From: Pseudomonadota bacterium
Lineage (GTDB): Bacteria; Pseudomonadota; Alphaproteobacteria; Paracaedibacterales; CAIOTO01
DNA: 53,014 bases
Direction of reading: 5' to 3'
Assembly: GCA_040387495.1 (NCBI GenBank)
Contig: JAZKDQ010000008.1
Location: 62,001 to 115,014, forward strand
This document shows positions 19,437 to 28,411 of this stretch, one piece after another. The position numbers were made by a program, and so were the translations under genes. The notes under the pieces were generated by a model that was not told where the DNA came from, did not search any database, and saw only the letters and a list, made by a program, of their open reading frames with translations. Numbering within the stretch: position 1 is the stretch's first letter; the number at the start of each line of letters is the position of its first letter.

Positions 19437-20771
19437 ATGATTAGAGTTCGTTTTGCACCAAGTCCGACTGGATTGCTTCATATAGGGAATGCGCGTGCTG
19501 CTGTTTTGCCGTGGTTGTTTGCGCACAAAAATGGTGGCCAATTCATGTTGCGCTTAGATGATACTGACCGTGAACGCTCAACCGAGGCTTTTGCGGATGC
19601 TATTCAAGAAGATGTCGCATGGCTTGGTCTAACGCATGATTTGTTTGCAAAGCAGTCTGATCGCTTTGGTCGCTATGCAGAGGTGATGCAAAAGCTGATT
19701 GATGATGGACGGCTTTATCCTTGTTATGAAACACCTGAAGAACTTGATTTCAAACGAAAACGCCAACTCGCTAAAGGTGAGCCACCTATTTATGATCGCG
19801 CTGCATTATCCCTAGCACCTGAAGAGCGTGCAAAATATGAGGCTGATGGCCGTAAACCGCATTGGCGTTTTAAACTTATGCCTGGCAAAATCACGTGGAA
19901 TGACCTTATTCGTGGGCCAGTAGAGTTTTTATCTGATCGTATTGGTGATCCGGTGCTTGTGCGTGAAGATGGGGTGTTCTTGTATACACATGCGTCCGTT
20001 ATAGATGATGTTGATTTTGCTATTACTCATATTGTGCGTGGTGAAGATCATGTCACGAATACAGCCGTTCAAATTCAATTGTTTGAAGCAATAACTGGAA
20101 AGTCATGCGCGGTTGAATTTGCACATTTCACTATGTTTCTTGATAAAGACGGCCAAAAATTATCTAAGCGCCTTGGTAGTCTTAGCATTCAATCTATGCG
20201 TGAAAAAGGCCTAGAGCCTATGACGATCAACAGTTTGTTGGCACGTCTTGGTACATCTATGCCAATTGAACCTGTGTTATCATTGGATGAACTTGCGCAG
20301 AATTTTGATTTCTCAATTTTTAGCCGTACTGCACCACATTTTGATGAGCATGAACTGGATGTGCTTAACCATAAACTCTTGACGCACATGTCTTACGAAC
20401 AAGTGAAAGACCGTTTGCCTGCAACTATTGACGCAACGCTTTGGGAATTGATTAGAGGTAACTTAGAATCAGTGTCTGATATTAGCGCATGGAAAGATAT
20501 ATTTAGTGATGATCTTGTTATTACAAAGCATGAAGAATCTAATTATTTGCGTGATGCGCTGATGTTGCTGCCTGAAGGGCCATGGGATACAACAACATGG
20601 GGTGTTTGGACGAATGCCCTTAAAGAAAAAACACAGCGCAAGGGCAGGGCACTCTTTATGCCACTTCGTCAAGCATTGACTGGGCATGATCATGGGCCTG
20701 AAATGAAGGATTTGCTACCATACATCGGGTATAGTCGGGTATCCAATCGTTTAAAGAAGGCCATAGGATGA
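19437..20771 (+). CDS. gltX: Glutamate--tRNA ligase
   Basis: RVRFAPSPTG, HIGN, IVRGEDH, KLSKR, LFMPLR.ALTG..HGPE. Confidence 0.95.
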   Translation: MIRVRFAPSPTGLLHIGNARAAVLPWLFAHKNGGQFMLRLDDTDRERSTEAFADAIQEDVAWLGLTHDLFAKQSDRFGRYAEVMQKLIDDGRLYPCYETPEELDFKRKRQLAKGEPPIYDRAALSLAPEERAKYEADGRKPHWRFKLMPGKITWNDLIRGPVEFLSDRIGDPVLVREDGVFLYTHASVIDDVDFAITHIVRGEDHVTNTAVQIQLFEAITGKSCAVEFAHFTMFLDKDGQKLSKRLGSLSIQSMREKGLEPMTINSLLARLGTSMPIEPVLSLDELAQNFDFSIFSRTAPHFDEHELDVLNHKLLTHMSYEQVKDRLPATIDATLWELIRGNLESVSDISAWKDIFSDDLVITKHEESNYLRDALMLLPEGPWDTTTWGVWTNALKEKTQRKGRALFMPLRQALTGHDHGPEMKDLLPYIGYSRVSNRLKKAIG

Positions 20772-21454
20772 GCTTGGCTTTGAAAAAACCCGGTTTTATA
20801 CAACGCGGCCGTTTTATTACGTTTGAAGGCGGGGAAGGTTCCGGTAAGACAACGCAATCAAAAAAGTTGTTTGCCAAACTTGATGAAGCAGGCATTGATG
20901 TTATGTGGACACGCGAGCCGGGTGGTAGTTATGGCGCTGAAGAAATCAGATCATTACTTGTAAAAGGTGAGGCTAATCGTTGGGCACCATCGACTGAAGC
21001 ATTACTGATGTTTGCGGCACGTGATGATCATTGGAAAACGTGGATTGAGCCAGCACTAGAGGCTGGAACCTGGGTGATTTGTGATCGTTTTGCGGATTCC
21101 AGTTATGCATATCAAGGCTATGGAAAATGTGTATCTTTGGATTTCTTAAAGACGTTGTATCAAAATACAGTGGGTGACGTGCAACCTGATCGTACGTATT
21201 TGTTTGATGTGCCTGTTGATATTGGTTTGGCGCGGGCGCATATGCGTATGTCGGCTGATCAGGCGAAGGAAGATCGATTTGAGGGGTTAGGATCACCGTT
21301 TCATGAACGTGTGCGTGCAGGGTTTAAAGCGTTGGCAAATGCAGATCCAGTACGGTTTTGTACTCTTGATGCAACACAGTCAATTGAAACATTAGAAGCC
21401 CAGGTGTGGCAGGATGTGCAATGTTTGATATCACTAGCTACAGCCCATGGTTGA
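20768..21454 (+). CDS. tmk: Thymidylate kinase
   Basis: FITFEGGEGSGKTTQ, TREPGG, CDRFADSSYAYQG; ATGA overlap with gltX. Confidence 0.95.
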   Translation: MSLALKKPGFIQRGRFITFEGGEGSGKTTQSKKLFAKLDEAGIDVMWTREPGGSYGAEEIRSLLVKGEANRWAPSTEALLMFAARDDHWKTWIEPALEAGTWVICDRFADSSYAYQGYGKCVSLDFLKTLYQNTVGDVQPDRTYLFDVPVDIGLARAHMRMSADQAKEDRFEGLGSPFHERVRAGFKALANADPVRFCTLDATQSIETLEAQVWQDVQCLISLATAHG

Positions 21455-21720
21455 TTGTCGCACTTGTTGGGCTGATAATTTTCAGGCCCGATGATTGGCA
21501 GGAATTAGCGTTGAATGCAGGTCGTTGGGTACGACGTGTACGCGCCTATGTGTTGGAATGGCAAGAGTATATGGAATTCACGTCTGATGCTGGAAATGAA
21601 AAAGATAGATTTACGTCGGAAATCCAAATAAAAAAAGAACAAGAATTAATTTTTGGCGTTACTCTGTGGCCGTCGAAAGAAATGGGGGGAAGTCATATAT
21701 CGATGCCACCAAGTGTTTGA
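21421..21720 (+). CDS. TatB-like protein (divergent)
   Basis: MFDI...LIVALVGLIIFRPDDW..LA...GRWVRRVR follows the TatB TM plus amphipathic helix layout; the hinge GP is replaced by RP. Confidence 0.55.
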   Translation: MFDITSYSPWLIVALVGLIIFRPDDWQELALNAGRWVRRVRAYVLEWQEYMEFTSDAGNEKDRFTSEIQIKKEQELIFGVTLWPSKEMGGSHISMPPSV

Positions 21721-22745
21721 GCAAGTTGTTCTTGAAATCCCATCAATGTCAGTCCGCCGCCAGAATGAATAAGCAAGCAATTTCCTTTAATGTTTTCCCC
21801 CGCAATAATACGACGTGATTCTAAAAACAATTTTACCGAATAAATAGGGTCCGTTAAAAAGCCTTCTGTGCGAATGATTCGTCGGATCTCTTCAAAGATT
21901 GTCTTATTTGCTGAACCAAATGAACGCCCCGTGTTTGGACGGTACAGTTTTAGTTTCTCTTTTATGTAAGGTAGCTTTAGCTGTGCGCCAATCAAAGACT
22001 CAAATTGCGTTTTAAGATTTGAGAGAGTCTCTAAGAACTCTGTTTCGTCTTCTGCCATGAGTACCACATGAATGTTGGTTGTTTTTTTAAGCCATGCAAA
22101 AGCAAGTACTGTTGCGCCTGCCATCATCCCAGTTCCCGAGTCTATAAAAATATGATCAAACGTTGTACCAAGCTGGGTTTCATTATTTAATATATCTAAG
22201 GCAAGGGTTAATGCTCCTGGCAATGACTCGGCAACTGATGCGCCTTCCTGAATGATCATGGTCTGCTTTGATTGTTTCTTTGCGTAAAGTTCTGCTATTT
22301 CCTGAACGTTTGGCCACTCATTGCGGTTAATCCAATGGATAGAATCATTTGAAACCATCAGTGAACTTAGTAAAAAATTGCCAATCTTTTTTGTCTCAGT
22401 ATCGCCATGTAGAAAAAGCATTGGCTGAATGCTGTTTTCGATCAGCAATTGTGTTAACCCAACGATGTTATTGGAATAAGCGCCGCCAATTAAAATGGCT
22501 TCTGTAATTTTGTTTGCGAGCAGATGAGGAATCAATGAGCTATATTTGCGTATTTTAAACCCAGATATGCCAAACCCCAGTTCATCCTCGCGTTTAACAA
22601 AACAGGGTGTTTGGGAATCGCCAAATGTTTTAAGCGGGTGAATGCGCGAATGCAAAGGGTAGGGCGCTAATGTCCCTATACAGTCTTGCATATAAAGCAC
22701 TTTTTCTTTAAATGAAGATTGAAATGATACGTCATTTTTTAGCAT
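21693..22745 (-). CDS. PLP-dependent ACC deaminase/D-cysteine desulfhydrase family protein
   Basis: VKREDELGFGISGFKIRK, GGAYSN, DSGTG, TDPIYSVK, IHSGG; start uncertain. Confidence 0.8.
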   Translation of the reverse strand: MLKNDVSFQSSFKEKVLYMQDCIGTLAPYPLHSRIHPLKTFGDSQTPCFVKREDELGFGISGFKIRKYSSLIPHLLANKITEAILIGGAYSNNIVGLTQLLIENSIQPMLFLHGDTETKKIGNFLLSSLMVSNDSIHWINRNEWPNVQEIAELYAKKQSKQTMIIQEGASVAESLPGALTLALDILNNETQLGTTFDHIFIDSGTGMMAGATVLAFAWLKKTTNIHVVLMAEDETEFLETLSNLKTQFESLIGAQLKLPYIKEKLKLYRPNTGRSFGSANKTIFEEIRRIIRTEGFLTDPIYSVKLFLESRRIIAGENIKGNCLLIHSGGGLTLMGFQEQLAQTLGGIDI

Positions 22746-22819
22746 TATCGTAAATTCCTTGCCGATGAATCTAATATTTTGTTATGTTTATTTGCACAAA
22801 TGACATGGGATATAGTTAT

Positions 22820-23362
22820 ATGAAACGCCAAGGCTTAATTCAACTGCTTAATCAATATAATCCGTCTGACGCTGAAATTACCATGAAAAATGATATGCTT
22901 AGCTTTATCGATGCCAATGAAAATTGCTTTGAGCGTTCGCTTGAAATAGGTCACATAACAGGCTCTGCATGGCTTTTGAATAAAGCCGGGGACAAAGCAT
23001 TATTAATGCATCACAAAAAACTTGATAAGTGGCTACAACTTGGTGGCCATGCGGACGGTGAAACAGATATTCTGGCAGTTGCACTTAAAGAAGCCCAAGA
23101 AGAATCTGGGATAACATCCATTGAACCTGTAATGAATGCAATATTTGATATAGATGTCCACAAAATTCCAGCATATGGGATTATTAAAGAGCATTTTCAT
23201 TATGATGTTCGATTTTTGCTAAAGGTTACAAGTGATGAAGACATCAGCATTAATAGCGAATCAAATGAACTTAGGTGGATTGGCAAAAACCGTAAAGAAT
23301 TGTTAAGTTCTGAATCGTCGGTTGTGCGTATGTTTGATAAATGGCTAAAGATTGCTGCGTAG
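22820..23362 (+). CDS. NUDIX hydrolase
   Basis: GHITGSAW, Nudix box GGHADGETDILAVALKEAQEESGI, HFHYDVRF. Confidence 0.9.
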   Translation: MKRQGLIQLLNQYNPSDAEITMKNDMLSFIDANENCFERSLEIGHITGSAWLLNKAGDKALLMHHKKLDKWLQLGGHADGETDILAVALKEAQEESGITSIEPVMNAIFDIDVHKIPAYGIIKEHFHYDVRFLLKVTSDEDISINSESNELRWIGKNRKELLSSESSVVRMFDKWLKIAA

Positions 23363-23366
23363 ACGC

Positions 23367-23861
23367 TTAATCAAACAGCATGGCCATTGCAATAGAGTTT
23401 GTATAAAGGCCATCAATACGAATGGCATTACGCAGTACACCTTCAATCTCGAAACCAACTTTTTTATATAATGCGATTGCATTTGTGTTGTTTTCACGAA
23501 CAGTGAGATCGACTCGCGTTAAGCCAGATTCTTTTGCTGCTGCAATGGTTGTATTTATGAGTTTTTTACCAATTCCTTGACCACGGTATGGTTTTAATAT
23601 CCCTATGCCAAGTGTTCCGCTATGTTTTGAAACAGGACGATCAAATGAACTGATGTCACACCAACCAATCACCTTTTCATTATCAAGCGCCACAAAGTGG
23701 GGGAAGCCTTTTGCGCGATTTCCAAGAACAAAAGCACGTGATGATTCAAGGGAAAACCCACTAAATGTTGTTAAATATAATCGTTCGCTTGATACCGAAG
23801 CTACTGCGGCGCAGTATCCCTCAATATGATCATCTGTTGTGGGTGCAATTTTATAATTCAT
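23367..23861 (-). CDS. GNAT family N-acetyltransferase
   Basis: VIGWCDI, LGIGI...YRGQGIGKKL, N..AIALY.K.GF. Confidence 0.9.
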   Translation of the reverse strand: MNYKIAPTTDDHIEGYCAAVASVSSERLYLTTFSGFSLESSRAFVLGNRAKGFPHFVALDNEKVIGWCDISSFDRPVSKHSGTLGIGILKPYRGQGIGKKLINTTIAAAKESGLTRVDLTVRENNTNAIALYKKVGFEIEGVLRNAIRIDGLYTNSIAMAMLFD

Positions 23862-24703
23862 CGTGGTTTCCTTATACAGGTTGTAATCAAAGCCGCTATA
23901 TAAAAAATTGATGCGACAAGTACAATGGTTGGTCCCGTAGGTAGGGCAGCATGATACGACAGCAGTAATCCGCTATAACTTGATATCAATGCAACAAAGA
24001 TGGCAACACATAGCGTTACACGCAGGCTATTGCACAATAAACGAGCTGTGATTGCAGGGATCATCATCAGCCCAAGTGCCATCAATGTACCGATGGCTTG
24101 GCACGCAGCCACAAGGTTTATAACCACAAGGCCAATAAAAATAATGGTGTACCGATCGCCCCCGCAGTTAACAGATTGCATAAAAAGGGGGTCAAAGCAT
24201 TGATATACAAGGGGTCTGAAAATCACTCGTAAAATGATGAGCGAGAGTATTGATAGAATAATAATCATTCTAAGGATGTCTAGGTCAACACCAAGAACTG
24301 AACCAAACAATAAGTGCATCACATTCATTGCGCCGCCAGCTTTTGAAATCAGCAATACACCTAATGCCAATGCCAGCAGATAAAATCCACTAAAACTAGC
24401 ATCTTGTGGCAGTCGTGTTTTTTGACTTGCAAGAACGCTTAGTCCTGCGATCAGAAAGCCTGCAATCATGCCGCCAATCGTAAAACCAGGCAGCCACACG
24501 CCCCATATAAAAAACGCTGCGGCAATGCCGGGAAGAATCCCATGCGAGAGCGCTTCACCCATAAGACTCATTCGCTTTAATAGTAAAATAATACCAAGCA
24601 CCGGGCACACAACAGACAATGTCAGGCACGCAGCAAGGGCACGTTGCATGAATACAAAATCATGAATGGGCGCAACTAAAGTGTTATAGAGAAGATCGAT
24701 CAT
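23858..24703 (-). CDS. Zn/Mn ABC transporter permease (ZnuB/AztB-like)
   Basis: FMQRAL, RMSLMGEALSHGILPG, HLLFGSVL, PTGPTIV. Confidence 0.9.
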   Translation of the reverse strand: MIDLLYNTLVAPIHDFVFMQRALAACLTLSVVCPVLGIILLLKRMSLMGEALSHGILPGIAAAFFIWGVWLPGFTIGGMIAGFLIAGLSVLASQKTRLPQDASFSGFYLLALALGVLLISKAGGAMNVMHLLFGSVLGVDLDILRMIIILSILSLIILRVIFRPLVYQCFDPLFMQSVNCGGDRYTIIFIGLVVINLVAACQAIGTLMALGLMMIPAITARLLCNSLRVTLCVAIFVALISSYSGLLLSYHAALPTGPTIVLVASIFYIAALITTCIRKPR

Positions 24704-25380
24704 GCTATGTAAGCCTTTCGAATCAATTCCACATTAGAAAGAATTGTCTTGCTGTCACCTTGGGCGATCACGCTTCTATTCAATAAAATTGATTGGGGAA
24801 TATAACGTTCAGCTAGATGGAGCTGATGAATCACCGTAATGATTGTTTTACCTGTCGTGAGCCAGTTTTGTAACAATGTCAGCAGGTCTTCTGTGGTTGG
24901 TTGGTCAACGGCTGAAAAAGGCTCATCCAAAATCAATAGATCGGCCTCTTGCAGCCAGAGCCGTGCAAATAAAAGCCGTTGAAATTGCCCGCCACTAAGA
25001 ACGCTGATTGGTTTGTTTTCAAATCCTGATAGTCCAACCATTGTTATAGCATGTTGAAGTCGATCTCGATCTTCGGGCACAAGTCCATGATATAAACCTA
25101 CTTTTGGCCAGAAACCCATCGCCGCTACATCGCGTACATTTAAAGGAAACTGCCGGTCGAGCTGATTATGTTGCGGCAAATAGGCACGCTTCGCATCAGC
25201 GGCAAGACATACTGTGCCATTACTTGGTTTTAATACCCCTGCACAAATTTTAAGCAAAGTGCTTTTACCTGCACCATTAGGGCCAATTAATGCCGTGAAT
25301 GATCCTTTGGAAAAGGTTAGATTGATATCGTGCAGAACAGACGTACCACCGAACATATGCGAAAGAGAAAGAGTTAACAT
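24700..25380 (-). CDS. Zn/Mn ABC transporter ATP-binding subunit (ZnuC/AztA-like)
   Basis: GPNGAGKST, YLPQ, LSGGQFQR, LDEP; ATG 25380 preferred to the ORF-track start. Confidence 0.88.
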   Translation of the reverse strand: MLTLSLSHMFGGTSVLHDINLTFSKGSFTALIGPNGAGKSTLLKICAGVLKPSNGTVCLAADAKRAYLPQHNQLDRQFPLNVRDVAAMGFWPKVGLYHGLVPEDRDRLQHAITMVGLSGFENKPISVLSGGQFQRLLFARLWLQEADLLILDEPFSAVDQPTTEDLLTLLQNWLTTGKTIITVIHQLHLAERYIPQSILLNRSVIAQGDSKTILSNVELIRKAYIA

Positions 25381-25550
25381 GAGGCTTTTAGAATATAGGT
25401 TGATATGATATGCAAAATTAATCTTAGCATATAACGTTCTTATGAGCGAGTCGCAAAGAGAAATGAAGTTCACATCATTATCTTTCCTTTTAAAATCGCG
25501 CATAATCTTGTACGTTCAAATTAGAATTATAATTGCAAACAAACATATAC

Positions 25551-26210
25551 ATGATTTATTATGATACTATTGCCCATATTCTCTCACTCGTTCTTGCCAT
25601 AACACTCCATGAAGCAGCGCATGGTGCAATTGCCTATGTTTTTGGTGATGACACAGCAAAGCGAATGGGCAGACTGACATTCAATCCCATTGCGCATGTT
25701 GACCCCATAGGCACGTTGCTTTTGCCAGGTTTACTGTATATGGCGGGCGCACCGTTTTTATTTGGTTGGGCAAAACCAGTTCCTGTTGATTTTTTACGGC
25801 TGAATCCAAGGCGGCTTGGAATGATATTGGTCGCTTTTGCCGGGCCTGGAATTAATTTGATTTTGGCTTGGATTGCAGCGATGGCAATGCACATGTCATT
25901 TGAACATGGAACATTTTTGCATGCGTTTTTGCCATTGTTCTTTCGAATTAATATCACGTTAGCTGCCTTTAATTTATTGCCAATTTTACCGCTTGATGGA
26001 GGGCGCATTCTAGCTGGTCTTTTGCCGCCATCACTAGCATGGCATTACAGCAAGACTGAACGTTTTGGGATGTTAATCGTTTTATTGTTTATGATGTCGC
26101 CATCTTTGCTTAGCCTTATAGGTATCCATGCAAATCCATTCGTTTGGGTGTTGAGGCCAATTTTTGAGGTGTTGTTTAAAACGGTATTGATGTTATCAGG
26201 CAATAGTTGA
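25551..26210 (+). CDS. Site-2 protease (M50 family)
   Basis: HEAAH, GRLTFNP..H.D, VAFAGP, NLLPILPLDGG. Confidence 0.92.
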   Translation: MIYYDTIAHILSLVLAITLHEAAHGAIAYVFGDDTAKRMGRLTFNPIAHVDPIGTLLLPGLLYMAGAPFLFGWAKPVPVDFLRLNPRRLGMILVAFAGPGINLILAWIAAMAMHMSFEHGTFLHAFLPLFFRINITLAAFNLLPILPLDGGRILAGLLPPSLAWHYSKTERFGMLIVLLFMMSPSLLSLIGIHANPFVWVLRPIFEVLFKTVLMLSGNS

Positions 26211-26319
26211 TTTCCACTCACCACTTTCGAGAATGCTTTTTAGTTTGCAAACCATTATGGCGTGATAATGCCAGAGAAATCGTGTAACATGCGTTTCTAT
26301 CGTCAACGAAAATAAATTA

Positions 26320-27627
26320 ATGAGTCGCAACATTATGATTAAAAAAGAAGTAATAACTACCACCGGACAATCAACCATTTTTAGCTTAAATAGCGATGGC
26401 GAAGGTGTTGGCATTGATAGTGAGACGGGGAATAGCATTACGATTCCGTTTGTATTACCAGGCGAAAAAATTAATTACGAGTGCCAACATTTCAAAAAAA
26501 AGAAGAAATATACAGCTACATCACGCGTAAGCACCAGCGCGGATCGTATTGATCCTGTTTGTAAGCATTTCACACAATGTGGTGGCTGCATGTTGCAGCA
26601 CATGAATGCGACAATGTATCGCGATTTCAAGCAAGCTCAAATTACCAATGCATTGGTGAAAGAGGGACTTGACCCATTTCTTGTGGATGGAATTACCATT
26701 TTACCCTTTGGCAAACGTCGTCGTGCCAATTTGGATGCGATTCGTAAAGGGGATGATATCTTTCTCGGATTTCACAAATTTAGGTCGCATTCACTTGTTA
26801 ATATTGTGGAATGCCATACGATGGACACGGCATTGACGCGTTTGTTAGAGCCGCTTCGCGAGGCGTTCAAAGTTGTTTTAGAGCCATATCAAAAAGCAAA
26901 AGTATTTTTCACGTTGACACATGTTGGCGTTGATATGAGCCTTGAGGTGCAAGGAATTGCAGAATTAGAAGAGCCAAAGCGTGCCGCACTTAAAGATTTT
27001 GCAGAAAAAATGGATGTAGCGCGGTTTGTGTTCCGTCATCGCAAATTTTTGGATGTAATTCATCAAACGGCTGTGCCTGTTGTGCAGTTTGCAGGAATTG
27101 ATGTGACAGTCGATGCGTATAGCTTTTTGCAGGCAACTGTTGAATCAGATGCTCATTTGGCGGCGTATGTCTTGAGTGAGTTAATTCCCGATGCGTCTAA
27201 CATTGTGGATCTGTTTTGTGGTCGTGGTACGTTAAGTCTTCCGCTTAGCACGCGTGCACCGGTGACAGGGTATGAATGTGACAAACCAGCTTTAGCAGCC
27301 CTTGAAAGCGCCGCACTTAATGCACAAAACCCGATTCAGTTACATTTTCGTGATTTGTTTACAGAACCGCTATCACGTGATGAATTAAAAGGTTTTGATG
27401 TGGCTGTGATTGACCCACCGCGTGCCGGCGCAGAAGCGCAGAGTTTGGCGCTTGCAAAATCTGATGCGAAACAAATTATTTATGTGTCATGTAATGCAGA
27501 GACATTCGCACGTGATGCACGCATTCTGACTGAGGGTAATTTTACATTAAAGAAGGTGCACGGAGTAGATCAATTTGCATGGTCCCCGCATATTGAAGTA
27601 GCCGCTGTGTTTGAGCGGTTGAAGTAG
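26320..27627 (+). CDS. rlmD: 23S rRNA m5U methyltransferase (RlmD/TrmA family)
   Basis: CKHFTQCGGC, FLQ, DLFCGRG, DPPRAG, YVSC, DQFAWSPHIE. Confidence 0.85.
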   Translation: MSRNIMIKKEVITTTGQSTIFSLNSDGEGVGIDSETGNSITIPFVLPGEKINYECQHFKKKKKYTATSRVSTSADRIDPVCKHFTQCGGCMLQHMNATMYRDFKQAQITNALVKEGLDPFLVDGITILPFGKRRRANLDAIRKGDDIFLGFHKFRSHSLVNIVECHTMDTALTRLLEPLREAFKVVLEPYQKAKVFFTLTHVGVDMSLEVQGIAELEEPKRAALKDFAEKMDVARFVFRHRKFLDVIHQTAVPVVQFAGIDVTVDAYSFLQATVESDAHLAAYVLSELIPDASNIVDLFCGRGTLSLPLSTRAPVTGYECDKPALAALESAALNAQNPIQLHFRDLFTEPLSRDELKGFDVAVIDPPRAGAEAQSLALAKSDAKQIIYVSCNAETFARDARILTEGNFTLKKVHGVDQFAWSPHIEVAAVFERLK

Positions 27628-27654
27628 TATTGTTCATTGTTGGAGTGACGACTA

Positions 27655-27740
27655 TCGTCATTGCGAACCCGAAGGGTGTGGCAATCTAGGCTGCTTAAAT
27701 ATTATAGATTGCCGCGCTTCTTTGAAGCTCGCAAAGACGA
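27655..27740. repeat. 86-bp multi-branched palindromic element (REP/RPE-like)
   Basis: Outer arms tcgtcattgcga / tcgcaaagacga (11/12), inner arms ggcaatcta / tagattgcc (9/9), side hairpins accc-gaa-gggt and gcttc-ttt-gaagc. Confidence 0.8.
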
Positions 27741-27821
27741 AAATAAGAGAAATCTTAAGTTAGGCAGTGCGCTCTCAGGATCGACGATGATAGGTAGAGG
27801 GTAGTCTTCAAGACACCAATA

Positions 27822-28226
27822 TTAATGCGATGCAATCTTAATTGCTGAATTTAATCGCCAGTAATAGTATGCAAGTGAGAGACTTAATACGATTAAAAGT
27901 GAGATTTCAATTTTAGTAAATGACGCGATAATGATAACAAGTGGTAGTGTAATTAAAAACGTTTGAACTGTTATTGGAAAACTTAAAGAAATATACCGTT
28001 CTATAAACTCCTTATCATCTCCTGTCTTGTTTGTGTTATAGCAAAAAAAATTCCTGATACATCAACAAGTATTATATATAATATTTATGTAATAAGTAGA
28101 TTCAGTAATCAACAAATAATTTATTATTATGGATAAAATTAAATACAAAAATTGTTCTTTGGATGGCACTTCGTTATTTCTAAACCGTAATGCCAGTTCT
28201 CTGTCATTCCAAAAATTCATAACCAT
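27822..28226 (-). pseudogene. Disrupted membrane-protein gene, absent from the ORF track
   Basis: After an AAGGA SD it reads MVMNFWNDRELALRFRNNEVPSKEQFLYL...NTC*CIRNFFCYNTNKTGDDKEFIERYISLSFP...YYYWRLNSAIKIASH*; 135 codons with one in-frame TGA at 28062-28064. Confidence 0.7.
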
Positions 28227-28411
28227 AATTCCTTAGCAATTTTATTCCTCACTAATTGATATAGGTATTTTTTGCTTCTTTTTAAATAGTGCTTTGCTGT
28301 TATTTTTTTTTGTGGTTGCATGTGTTGGAAATTATCTACTACATCATGTTGATATTTAAATCAGATTGAGTGATAATTAGATATTATTGGATACGAATTA
28401 AGTGGCTACGC

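Noticed and set aside
25380..25550. Zur/Fur box between the metal ABC operon and the protease
   Set aside because: Only AT-rich partial palindromes such as aattataatt; no convincing consensus match
28059..28067. TGT-TGA-TGT read as selenocysteine or TGA=Trp recoding
   Set aside because: No SECIS-like hairpin follows; TGA is a normal stop in many genes here; a shifted frame gives a more plausible hydrophobic sequence
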